From NCBI RefSeq assembly GCF_006345805.1, contig NW_021833441.1, positions 1-64,000 on the forward strand: 64,000 nucleotides of DNA, in the 5' to 3' direction. Positions 1 through 12,677 of the stretch are shown here, piece after piece (position 1 is the stretch's first letter; every line of letters starts with the position of its first letter). Under the pieces are notes generated by a model. That model saw only the letters and a list, made by a program, of their open reading frames with translations. It did no database searches and had not been told where the DNA came from. Made by a program: the position numbers and the translations under genes. This stretch comes from Octopus sinensis (lineage: Eukaryota).

Positions 1-35
1 GTTTCTCAATTTTATTATTGAATTATATATATATA

Positions 36-548
36 CTAGGTATCAGCCCGCCCGGCGTTGCTCGGGTTTGTAAGGGAAATAACTATATAAGCATTTTTAG
101 AGAGTACTTCCTTATAAATCGGGCTTTCTTAGCATTTGTTTTGGTGTCTTCAAGCCATGAAGTCGTTGTTCTAAAAGAACGCTGGTCTCCTTCACAACGC
201 ATTACGACGTTTACGACGTTGATTTCTTTACACTCCCTTCCCCACAGCTTCACACGAGGGAGGGAAGGGGAGAAGCAAACAGGTGCGGCTGTGAGCGTGG
301 ACCCAGCCACTCCGCCGCCATCGACACACGATGCATTTAATGCATTAAAATGGAATAAAAATGAAGTTAAATTATTTTAAAAATCGTAGACTCATCGTTG
401 ACACGCCTAATAGTCAGACGGGCTCGATATGAATCACGACTATAAGATACCCGAATTTGGTTAAACTGCACCGCAAAATGTGGGAGGAGTTAGGAATCTA
501 AATCGAAGGGGACAGACACTCACACAACTAGAGTTTTATATATATAGA
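36..548 (-). mobile_element. Non-autonomous Helitron-like element
   Basis: On the minus strand it starts TCTATATATATAAAA and ends with a CCCGAGCAACGCCGGG hairpin then CTAG. It sits between A and T with no TSD. Homologous to 5123-6012. Confidence 0.75.
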
Positions 549-557
549 TATATATAT

Positions 558-960
558 AGGCGCAGGAGTGGCTGTGTGGTAAGTAGCTTGTTTACCAACC
601 ATATGGTTCCGGGTTCAGTCCCACTGCGTGGCACCTTGGGCAGTGTCTTCTACTATAGCCTCGGGCCGACCAAAGCCTTGTGAGTGGATTTGGTAACGGA
701 AACTGAAAGAAGCCTGTCGTATATATGTATTATATCTGCGTGTGTGTGTTTTGTGCTGTATTTGTGCCCCTAGCATTGCTTGACAACCGATGCTGGTGTG
801 TTTATGTCCCCGTTACTTAGCGGTTCGGCAAAAGAGACCGATAAAATAAGTACTTGCTTACAAAAGAATAAGTCCCGGGGTCGATTTGCTCGATCAAAGG
901 CGGTGCTCCAGCATGGCCGCAGTCAATGACTGAAACCAGTAAAAGTAAGAGTAAAAGAGT
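558..960 (+). mobile_element. tRNA-derived SINE (family 1), near full length
   Basis: Head GGCGCAGGAGTGGCTGTGTGG (A-box-like) and GGTTCAGTCCC (B-box-like), microsatellite middle, and tail GGTGCTCCAGCATGGCCGCAGTC..GACTGAAAC followed by (GTAAAAGA)n. Many copies occur in the window. Confidence 0.85.
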
Positions 961-1011
961 AATATATATATATAATATATATATATATATTATATATATA
1001 TATATATATTA

Positions 1012-1735
1012 TAATCCTTAATCCTTAAAATGTTTTAGCCCGAAGGCCGCGGCCATGCTGGGGCACCACCCGCTGAATGAGCTACACTAATTTGTGAATC
1101 CACCTCTGATACGTGGCGCTTGATCAACAAGGGAGTTCGATGCTGCTGCCCGCATCCGCGTCTCCTGTTGTGAGGTAGGCTCATCTGGGACTCCCGACAA
1201 GAAGAGATCCAGTTTAGTTTTAAAGAAACCCACATCCACACCATGCAAGTCTCTCAGGCATTTAGGGAGGATGTTAAAGAGCTGTGGTCCTCCGAAACCC
1301 AAGCTGTTGCAGCATCTGGACCTGTATTTTGATGGTGTTGTTGGAATCCTTGGCACCATGCAGTGGCGCCCCGTTCTGCGTTTGGGGTAACTTTGAATGC
1401 CAAAGTTTGGGACAAGACCCTCCAGGATTTTCCAGATGTATATCACCGCATATCTCTCCCGCCTCCGCTCTAGGGAGAAGAGGTTTAATACCTTCAGTCT
1501 TTCCCAGTAGCTGATATTTTGCATTGAGACGATTTTCTTTGTGTAGCTTCTCTGAATTGCTTCGAGTTCTGCTGTTAGTTTTATATTGTGTGGTGACCAC
1601 AGTTGGGAGCAGTAGTCCAAGCGGCTGAGGACGAATGTTTTCCATAGGACCATCAGTGTCTCCTTCTCTCTTGTTCTGAAAGTTCGGAGAATCCATCCAG
1701 CTAGCCGTCTGCATTTTATCACCAGATAGCAATAT
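1012..1735 (-). mobile_element. 5'-truncated CR1-like LINE, 3' end of ORF2 plus 3' tail
   Basis: Peptide WILRTF..LSRLDYCSQLWSP..LEAIQRSYTK..YWERLKVLNLFSLERRR..FKTKLDLFL is typical of the CR1-type region after the RT domain. Ends in short TAAGGAT repeats. Confidence 0.8.
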
Positions 1736-2100
1736 GCACTTATATATATATATATTGTTGTTGCATTTGGTTTATGTGAATAAGTGCGCTGAACCATATT
1801 TTATTGTGTCTGGGGTGGGTCATTCTCTTTTCGTGCTTTATTATTTAACACACTCACCGATTCGATTTCCATTCATTTAGCTATTATTTATTTGTTCAAA
1901 AAAATTTTCCTTGAGTCTTGCAGACTTTTTAACAGTCCATTATTTACATTATCTACATTTGACGGATATTTGTCCTAATCTTTGTTGTTTACTCACTCAA
2001 ACAAAATTAGGACAACTATGCTCAAATGTAAAAAATGTAAATAATGTACACAACTCTGTAATATATATAAATATAGGGATGGTATTATTAAAATACCATC

Positions 2101-2132
<32 letters not shown>

Positions 2133-2136
2133 TATA

Positions 2137-2186
<50 letters not shown>

Positions 2187-2631
2187 TATATATACGTATA
2201 CATACATGTGCGTGCATATTTCTATTGCATATAAACATATAATTTATGTGTATACATGCACATACATGTGTGAGTGTACGGCGTCTCACAAATGAATATA
2301 GGCGCAGGAGTGGCTGTGTGGTAAGTAGCTTGCTAACCAACCACATGGTTCCGGGTTCAGTCCCACTGCGAGGCACCTTGCCTTTTAAGTGCTATGGTTT
2401 TACTGGGATCTCCCTTTTAAGTAGAAAGAATAGCCAACACTCTTTTGACTGCTATTTCTAAATTCGGTGTGTGGTGAGGCAAATCGTTGCTAAACCCTTA
2501 ATTACTTATATATATATATATATATATATGTAGGTCCCGGGTTGAGTCGGGGTTAACCACAGTAAATAAGGTAGATGATTTCTTTTGAATGAAACAGTTC
2601 TAGTCCTGTAGAAGCTCCTTCTATATAATAA

Positions 2632-2685
<54 letters not shown>

Positions 2686-3152
2686 GTAATATATATACGT
2701 GGTGTGTGGTGTATGTGTGTACACACGACTCTGCGTCACTCACATACAGAAAGACGCGCACACACGCGCACGCACCGGAACATACGTACACATTAGTGTG
2801 CGCACTCAGACACACACACACTCATTATATAATATATATACACCGACACACGCACAAATAGGTATATACATATGCACACACACACTTACACACACACACA
2901 CACATATATATATATTTACTCATTCACATGCAAATATATATATAATCATGTATATATATACACATACATATGTACACACAAACATATACACGTACGTACA
3001 CGGACAGACATGCATATATTGACGCTGAGGGACTAACACACACATGCGCCCTTCAAAAACATAGATATACACACATGTATATACACGCACACACATGTGT
3101 GCATACATAAATGTATGCATGTATCTGTGCGCATGGGTGTATATATATATAT

Positions 3153-3572
3153 GTATACTCTTTTACTCTTTTACTTGTTTCAGTCATTTGACTGCGGCCA
3201 TGCTGGAGCATCGCCTTTAGTCGAGCAAATCGACCCCAGGACTTATTCTTTGTAAGCCCAGTACTTTTTTTATCGGTCTCTTTTGCCGAACCGCTAGGTG
3301 ACGGGGACGTAAATACACCAGCATCGGTTGTCAAGCAAATGCTAGGGGGACAAACACAGACACACGAACATACACACACACACATATATATATATACATA
3401 CATATATACGACGGGCTTCTTTCAGTTTCTGTCTACCAAATCCACTCACAAGGCTTTGGTTGGCCCGGGGTTATAGTAGAAGACACTTGCCCAAGATGTC
3501 ACGCAGTGGGACTGAACCCGGAACCATGTGGTTGGTAGACAAGCTACTTACCACACAGCCACTCCTGCGCCT
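3153..3572 (-). mobile_element. tRNA-derived SINE (family 1), full length
   Basis: Reverse complement of the head, core and tail seen at 558-960. Confidence 0.85.
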
Positions 3573-3589
3573 ATATACATATATATCAT

Positions 3590-3960
3590 CATCGTTTAAC
3601 GTTCTTTTTCCGCGCTAGCACGGGTTGGACGGTTCGAACGGGGTCTGGGAAGCCAGGGCTGCACCAGGCTCCAGTCTGATCTGGCAGTGTTTTCTACAGT
3701 TGGATGCCCTTCCTAACGCCAACCACTCCGCGAGTGTAGCGGGTGCTTTTTACGTGCTACCTGCACAGGTGCCAGGGGGTCTGGCATCGGCCACGATCGT
3801 TGGTGCTTTTAACGTGCCACCGCACGGAAGCCAGCCAAGGCGGCGCTGGCATCGGCCACGTTCTGATGGTGCTTTTTATGTGCCACCGGCACAGAAGCCA
3901 GTCGAGGCGGCGCTGGCAACGGTCACGTTCGGATGGTGCTTTTTATGTGCCACCGACACA
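3590..3960 (-). mobile_element. Different SINE-like repeat with internal ~60-bp tandem units and a (GAT)n tail
   Basis: Contains TTGGCGTTAGGAAGGGCATCC (minus strand). GGTGCTTTT(T)A(C/T)GTGCCACC recurs 4 times between 3740 and 3955. Confidence 0.55.
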
Positions 3961-4199
3961 GGTATCACAACTACTATATATATACATACATATATACATA
4001 CGTGTATACATACATTCATGAATATATTCATACATTCATATATGTGTGTGCTTGTGTGTGCTTGTGTGTTTGTGTGTGTGTGTGTGTGTGTGTACATGCA
4101 CCTGGATACATTCATACGTATGTTTCGATCTTGTTGCATCTCATCAGTGATGGCTACATGGTCTACTTTGCCAATTTATTTTGAAATGAAACTATAGGA

Positions 4200-5012
4200 T
4201 TTTCAATGATAATGATATATATATACATATACATATATATATGCATATACATATACAAATGCATACATATGTGCATTCATACATACTTGCATTCATAAAT
4301 ACATACATTCAAGCATGCATACGTACATACATACATACATACATACATGCGAGCGTGTGTGCATACATACATACATACATACATACATACACACACATAC
4401 ATACATACATAAATACATACACATATACATACATACATAGATACATACATACATACATACATACATACATGCGTGTGTGTGTGCATACATACATACATAT
4501 ATACATACATACACACATACATACATACATACATACATACATACACACACACATACATACATACATAAATACATACACACATACATACATACATACATAC
4601 ATACATACATACACACACACATACATACATACATAAATACATACACACATACATACATACATACATATATACATACATACATACACACATACATACATAC
4701 ATAGATACATACATACATACATACATGCGTGCGTGTGTGCATACATACATACATATATACATACATACACACACATACATACATACATAAATACATACAC
4801 ATATACATACATACATAGATACATACATACATACATACATACATGCGTGTGTGTGTGCATACATACATACATATATACATACATACACACATACATACAT
4901 ACATACATACATACACCACACATACATACATACATAAATACATACACACATACATACATACATACACACATACATACATACATACATACATACATACATA
5001 CATACATACATA
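4200..5012. repeat. (TACA)n compound microsatellite
   Basis: Direct reading. It produces the spurious MYVC/HTYI ORFs. Similar tracts lie at 7790-8370 and 56270-56560. Confidence 0.95.
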
Positions 5013-6445
5013 CAGGGTGAGGTATATTTATCGTCGCCTAAATTTCGCAAAAATTAAAATAACACTGACTTCTCATTTTAACAAATATATTTACCAAAAT
5101 TACATTAAAATATTTTGAAATATCTTTATATATAAAAGTGAAGTTGTGTGTCTGTCTCCTACGATTTAGATTCCTAACTACTCCCACATTTTGCGGTGCA
5201 GTTTAACCAAAACCGGGTATCTTATAGTCGTGATTCATATCGAGCCCTTCTGGGTATTAGCGCGCGTCTACGATGAGTCTACGATCTTAAAAAAGATTTG
5301 CCATCATTTTTTTCATTTTAATGCATTTTTTCGCTATTACATAAGGGAAATAACTCTCTAAAAATGTCTACAATGAGTCAACGATTTAAAAAAAAATTTA
5401 CCATCATTTTTTTTCCATTTTTAATGCATTTTTCTGCTATTTTTTGGCTATAACTCTCAAAAAATGCTTTATAGTTATTTCCCTTACGAACCCGAGCAAC
5501 GCCGGGCGATACTGCTAGTCTTTATATATAAAAGTGAAGTTGTGTGTCTGTCCCCTACGATTTAGATTCCTAACTACTCCCACATTTTGCGGTACAGTTT
5601 AACCAAAACCGGGTATCTTATAGTCGTGATTCATATCGAGCCCTTCTGGGTATTAGCGCGCGTCTACGATGAGTCTACGATTTACAAAAAAATTAATATA
5701 ATTTTTTTCATTTTAAAGCATTTTTTCGCTATTATATAAGGGAAGTAACTCTCTAAAAATGTCTACGATGAGTCAACGATTTAAAAAAAATTTACCATCA
5801 TTTTTTCCATTTGGATGCATTTTTTCGCTATTACATAAGGGAAGTAACTCTCTAAAAATGTCTACGATGAGTCAACGATTTAAAAAAAAATTTACCATCA
5901 TTTTTTTCCATTTTTAATGCATTTTTCTGCTATTTTTTTGCTATAATTCTCTAAAAATCCTTATATAGTTATTTCCCTTACAAACTCGAGCAACGCCGGG
6001 CGATAATGCTAGTTAACGAGTAAATTTATTCAATAAAATCGCCATTGACTTTAACCACGGCCATCAGACGACTTCGGAATCTCCTGAAACACTTCTGGAC
6101 GGTCTGCTTGTTTAAGGTTGTGAATGATGCCAAAATTCTTACCTTCAGCTCATCATTGGTGTTACAAGGAGTTTTGCTGAAGTCTCGCTCAACTGCGGCC
6201 CACATATAATAACTAGAGGGGTTGCAGTCTGGGGAATTAGGTGGCCAGATGTTAAGGGTGATGTGGTCGTAAAAATTGTCTGACAGCCAAGACTTGGTTC
6301 TCCTGCTTGTGTGGCATGGTGCAGACATAGGGTCTTCCAGCAGCCACCCTCTTGACCCAAGGCTGCACTAACTTCTTCATGCACTTGATGTAGGCCTACG
6401 TGTCGAGTTTGAGGCCGTGTGGGGTGATGAAGGAGGCATAACGTT
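5013..6445 (-). mobile_element. Decayed Tc1/mariner (maT/DD37D-like) transposon, 3' part, interrupted by Helitrons
   Basis: TA|CAGGGTG terminus at 5013. Peptide WLSDNF..IWPPNSPDCNP..YYMW..FRSRLMAVVKVNGDFIE at 6026-6328 is a transposase C-terminus. The subfamily assignment is tentative. Confidence 0.7.
5123..6012 (+). mobile_element. Head-to-tail dimer of a non-autonomous Helitron (5123-5518 and 5519-6012)
   Basis: Each unit starts TCTTTATATATAAAAG and ends with a C(C/T)CGAGCAACGCCGGG hairpin then CTAG. The dimer is inserted at A^T with no TSD. Confidence 0.8.
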
Positions 6446-6620
6446 ATACATATATACGACAGGCTTCTTTCAGTTTCCGTCTACCAAATCCACTCACAAG
6501 GCATTGGTCGGCCCGGGGCTATAGATGTAGACACTTGCCCTAGATGCCACGCAGTGGACTGAACCCGGAACCATGTGGTTGGTTAGCAAGCTACTTACCA
6601 CACAGCCACTCCTGCGCCTG

Positions 6621-6658
<38 letters not shown>

Positions 6659-7430
6659 ACGTAAATATATATCTATATGTATGTATATGGGTGTGTGTTT
6701 GTGTGTCTGTGTTTGTCCCCCTAGCATTGCTTGACAACCGATGCTGGTGTGTTTACGTCCCCGTCACTCAGCGGTTCGGCAAAAGAGACCGATAGAATAA
6801 GTACTAGGCTTACAAAGAATAAGTCCCGGGGTCGATTTGCTCGACTAAAGGCGGTGCTCCAGCATGGCCGCAGTCAAAATGACTGAAACAAGTAAAAGAG
6901 TAAAAGAGTAATATATACATACATATAGATATGTATTTACGTATGTGTGTGTGTATATATATATATACATACATATAGATATGTATTTACGTATGTGTGT
7001 GTGTGTATATATTACTCTTTACTCTTTTACTCTTTTACTTGTTTCAGTCATGTGACTGTGGCCATGCTGGAGCACCGCCTTTAGTCGAGCAAATCGACCC
7101 CGGGACTTATTCTTTTGTAAGCCCAGTACTTATTCTATTGGTCTCTTATGCCGAAACGCTAAGTGACAGGGACGTAAACACACCAGCATCGGTTGTCAAG
7201 CAATGCTAGGGGGACAAACACACGCACACAAATACACACACGCACACAAATACACACACGCACATATATATATATACATATATACGACGGGATTCTTTCA
7301 GTTTCTGTCTACCAAATCCACTCACAAGGCATTGGTCGGCCCGGGGCTATAGCAGAAGACACTTGCCCAAGATGCCACGCAGTGGGACTGAACCCGGAAC
7401 CATGTGGTTGGTTAGCAAGCTACTTATATA
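6440..7430. mobile_element. Cluster of family-1 SINE pieces: head (-) 6440-6620, tail half (+) 6700-6910, near-full copy (-) 7010-7425
   Basis: Direct similarity to 558-960. Confidence 0.8.
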
Positions 7431-8332
7431 TATATATATATATATACATATAGATATGTATGTACGTATGTGTGTACATAACGTGGCCATCACTAGTGAT
7501 CACTCCAAGCACCTAGATGGACACACGGCAAGCCAACGGTTATTCTGTGTGGTGACCATCTCTTCGCATTGGAGCTTCTGGCGCGAAAGCCAAGCTGTAC
7601 AGCATGTCGTTTCCAAATTCCTGGCAGAGTAAGTTGTGTCATGGCGCGGTTTTTTCTCACAGACGGTGCCCAACTGACCCTACTATTCTGTGTCGTCGAC
7701 AAAACCAAAAACAAACAAGGCGCATGCGCGAAATCAAAAATATGAAGTGGTGACAATTTACCCATTGCACTCTGCAAGTACATACATATTAAATTTATTG
7801 TTTATACATACATACATACATACATACATGCATACACACACACATACATACATACATACATACATACATACATACATACATACATGCATACATACATACA
7901 TACATACATACATACATACGTGCGTACGTACATACATACATACATACATGCATGCATGCATACATACATGCATACATACATACATACATACATACATACA
8001 TACATACATACATACATGCATGCATGCATACATACATGCATACATACAAACATACATGCATGTATACATACAAACTTACAAACATACATACGTACGTACG
8101 TACATAGTACGTACGTACATACATACATGCATACACACATATATACATACACACACACGTACATACATATATACATACATACGTACGTACGTACATACAT
8201 ACATACATACATACATACATAAAATACATACATACATAAATACATTCATACATACATACATACAAACATACATTCATACAAACATACATGCATGCATACA
8301 TACATACATACATACATACATACATGCATGCA

Positions 8333-8368
<36 letters not shown>

Positions 8369-8499
8369 TGCGTGTGTGTATGTATGTGTGTGTGTCTGTT
8401 TCAGACCAAACGCTGTTGCCATGAAGGAACAACACAGATACGCACACAAACACACATACGCACACACACGTATATATATGTATATATATATGTTTGGAT

Positions 8500-8556
<57 letters not shown>

Positions 8557-8920
8557 GTATATTATATTGACAAGGAAATGAGCCTTCGGTTCTAATCCAG
8601 AAACGAGTCGTCTATAATTAATCCATAGGCTGGGATTTCGTTATATTCTTCCTTTTTTGCCATATACAGGTTACGAATTCTGTTTGTTTGTGGAGACTTT
8701 TTATTAGTAGAGGACATAGCGGTCAATTTTGGCTGCTATTTCTAGTATTTTCGGTATGTGGTTTTGAGCAACGTGTTGCAATTAACCCTTAATTATAATT
8801 ATTATAACCCTTACCAAATATGGTCTTTTCGATACCGATAAATCTACTAGGGGAAATTGGTGAATTTTATTAAATTAATTATATTCCACCCTTTTTTGCA
8901 TAGCGTATATATATATATAC

Positions 8921-8949
<29 letters not shown>

Positions 8950-8952
<3 letters not shown>

Positions 8953-9542
8953 GGAGTGGCTGCGTGGTAAGTAGCTTGCTAACCAACCACATGGTTCCGG
9001 GTTCAGTCTCACTACTTACCACACACCCACTCCTGCGCCTATAAGTATATATATATACTTATACAAACATACATACATATATACGACAGGCTTCTTTCAG
9101 TTTCCGTCTACCAAATCCACTCACAAGGCATTGGTCGGCCCGGGGCTATAGCAGAAGACACTTGCCCAAGATGCCACGCAGTGGGACTGAACCCGGAACC
9201 ATGTGGTTGGTTAGCAAGCTACTTACCACACATCCACTCCTGCGCCTATATATAAATATATACATATATACGACAGGCTTCTTTCAGTTTCCGTCTACCA
9301 AATCCACTCACAAGGCATTGGTCGGCCCGGGGCTATAGCAGAAGACACTTGCCCAAGATGCCACGCAGTGGGACTGAACCCGGAACCATGTGGTTGGTTA
9401 GCAAGCTACTTACCACACAGCCACTCCTGCGCCTATATTCATTTGTGAGACGCCGTACACTCACACATGTATGTGCATGTATACACATAAATATATATGT
9501 TTATATATGCAATAGAAATATGCACGCACATGTATGTATACG

Positions 9543-9586
<44 letters not shown>

Positions 9587-9745
9587 GATGGTATTTTAAT
9601 AATACCATCCCTATATTTATATATATTACAGAGATGGATGTATATGTGCATGTACACGTATTAATACATACATTTTTATACTTATTTACGTGTATATATA
9701 CACATGTTAGCATATATTCATATCTATCTATACACACACACACAC

Positions 9746-9783
<38 letters not shown>

Positions 9784-9908
9784 GCAATTAAGGGTTTAGC
9801 AAGGAATTGCCACACCACACACCGAAATTTAGAAATAGCAGTGAAAGAGTTATAGCTATTCTTTCTACTAAAAGGGAGATCTCAGTAAAAACACAGCACT
9901 TGAAAGGC

Positions 9909-9941
<33 letters not shown>

Positions 9942-10897
9942 TATAAATGAAATAAAACATATGCATATATATAAACACATATGTACGTACCTACCTCTAC
10001 ATGTACATATACACGCATATATACTCTTTACTCTTTTACTCTTTTACTCGTTTCAGTCATTTGACTGCGGCCATGCTGGAGCACCGCCTTTAATCGAGCA
10101 ACTCGACCCCGGGACTTATTCTTTTGTAAGCCCAGTACTTATTCTATCGGTCTCTTTTTGCCGAACCGCTAAGTGACGGGGACATAAACACACCAGCATC
10201 GGATGTGAAGCAATGCTAGGGGGCTATAGCAGAAGACACTTGCCAAGATGCCACGCAGTGGGACTGAACCCGGAACAATGTGGTTGGTTAGCAAGCTACT
10301 TACCACACACCCACTCCTGGCTATATACATATACATATATATACATATATACATATATATACATATATATACATATATATATATACGACAGGCTTTTTCA
10401 GTTTCCGTCTACCAAATCCACTCACAAGGCATTGGTCGGCCCGGGGCTATAGCAGTAGATACTTGCCCAAGATGCCACGCAGTGGGACTGAACCCGGAAC
10501 CATGTGGTTGGTTAGCAAGCTTCTTAACACACAGCCACTCCTATGCCTATATATATATACGACAGGCTTCTTTCAGTTTCCGTCTACAAAATCCACTCAC
10601 AAGGCATTGGTCGGCCCGGGGCTATACCAGAAGACACTTGCCCAAGATGCCACGCAGTGGGACTGAACCCGGAAACATGTGACTGGTTAGCAAGCTACTT
10701 ACCACACAGCCACCCCTAAGTCTATATACATATATACGACAGGCTTCTTTCAGTTTCCGTCTACCAAATCCACTAACAAGGCATTGGTCGGCCCGGGGCT
10801 ATAGCAGAAGACACTTGCCCAAGATGCCACGCAGTGGGACTGAACCCGGAACCATGTGATTGGTTAGCAAGCTACTTACCACACATCCACTCCTGCG

Positions 10898-10993
<96 letters not shown>

Positions 10994-11035
10994 TATACAT
11001 ATATATATATATATACACATATATAATATATATAT

Positions 11036-11087
<52 letters not shown>

Positions 11088-11619
11088 TTATAGAAGGAGC
11101 TTCTATATATATATATATATAATACATGCACACTACAGATATGTATATATTTGTATGCGTAGATACATGCACACATATGTTACAGCAAAACAAGAGATAC
11201 GTAAAGTAAGATTATGGTAAGAGGAATATAGAAAAAGGGGGGCGTCGAATGTGCAGAATTAACACGGAATGAGAGAATAATAGAAGAAGAATAAAGGGGA
11301 GAGGGAGAGGGAGAGAGAGGGAGAGATAGATCGGATGTGAAACGGAGATGAAGGAAGAGAAATAGGATGGGAAGAGGCTGAGGAATAGTGAACGTAAGTG
11401 AGAGAGAGAGAGTGATGTTGGTTGACGGAAAGAAAAAAAGGGGGGAAAATGAAGTAGGCGCAGGAGTGGCTGTGTGGTAAGTAGCTTGCTAACCAACAAC
11501 ATGGTTCCGGGTTCAGTCCCACTGCGTGGCATCTTGGGCAAGTGTCTTCTGCTATAGCCTCGGGCCGACCAATGCCTTGTGAGTGGATTTGGTAGACGGA
11601 AACTGAAAGAAGCCCGTCG

Positions 11620-11659
<40 letters not shown>

Positions 11660-12445
11660 ATATATATAGGTGTAGGAGTGGCTGTGTAAGTAGCCTGCTA
11701 ACCAACCAGATGGTTCCGGGTTCAGTCCCACTGCGTGGCATCTTGGGCAAGTGTCTTCTACTATAGCCTCTGGCCGACCAATGCCTTGTGAGTGGATTCG
11801 GTAGACGGAAACTGAAAGAAGCCTGTCGTATATATGTATATAGACTTAGGGGTGGCTGTGTGGTAAGTAGCTTGCTTACCAACCACATGGTTCCGGGTTC
11901 AGTCCCACTGCGTGGCATCTTGGGAAAGTGTCTTCTGCTATTGCCCCGGGCCGACCAATGCCTTGTGAGTGGATTTGGTAGATGGAAACTGAAAGAAGCC
12001 CGTCGTATATATGTATATATATATGTGTGTGTTGTGTTTTGGTGTCTGTGTGTCCCCCTTGCATTGCTTGACAACCGATGCTGGTGTCTTTATGTCCCCG
12101 ATACTTAGCAGTTCGGCAAAAGTGTCTTCTACTATAGCCTCGGGCCGACCAATGCCTTGTGAATGGATTAGGTAGCCGGAAACTGAAAGAAGCCCGTCGT
12201 ATATATGTATATATATATATGTGTGCGTGTATGTTTGTGTGTGTGTGTTTGTCCCCCTAGCATTGCTTGACAACCGATGCTGGTGTGTTTATGTACCCGT
12301 CACCTAGCGGTTCGGCAAAAGAGACCGATAGAATAAGTACTGGGCTTACAAAGAATAAGTCCCGGGGTCGATTTGCTCGACTAAAGGCGGTGCTCCAGGA
12401 TGGCCGCAGTCGAATGGCTGAAACAAGTAAAAGAGTAAAAGAGTA
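8950..12445. mobile_element. Array of family-1 SINE heads, minus-oriented up to ~10900 and plus-oriented from 11455
   Basis: About 10 copies of the B-box-like GGTTCAGTC(C/T)CAC head, mostly with ~175-bp spacing. Complete tails occur only at ~10020-10220 (-) and ~12240-12445 (+). Confidence 0.85.
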
Positions 12446-12459
12446 AAAGAGTAAGTAAA

Positions 12460-12490
<31 letters not shown>

Positions 12491-12677
12491 GGGATTTTGG
12501 TTGATGGAAAGAAAAAAAGGGGGAGAAATGAAGTAGAATAGGGAGTAAAGAAATGAGGGAGTTATTAAGGAAAGGGGGAGATGTATGTAAGAAGAAACGA
12601 GGGAGGGATTCGGCGAAAGGGAGGATGCATGTAAGAGAAAGGAGGAGTGAGTGAATGCGGGTGAGCGTAAAAGAAGA

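Noticed and set aside
558-640. tRNA-like A/B boxes as tRNA genes
   Set aside because: No complete cloverleaf could be built, and they are always joined to SINE body sequence.
4241-5118. Long MYVC/HTYI ORFs (also 7690-8581, 10799-11220, 17690-18704, 56106-56710)
   Set aside because: They are translations of (TACA)n and (TA)n microsatellites that lack stops in some frames.
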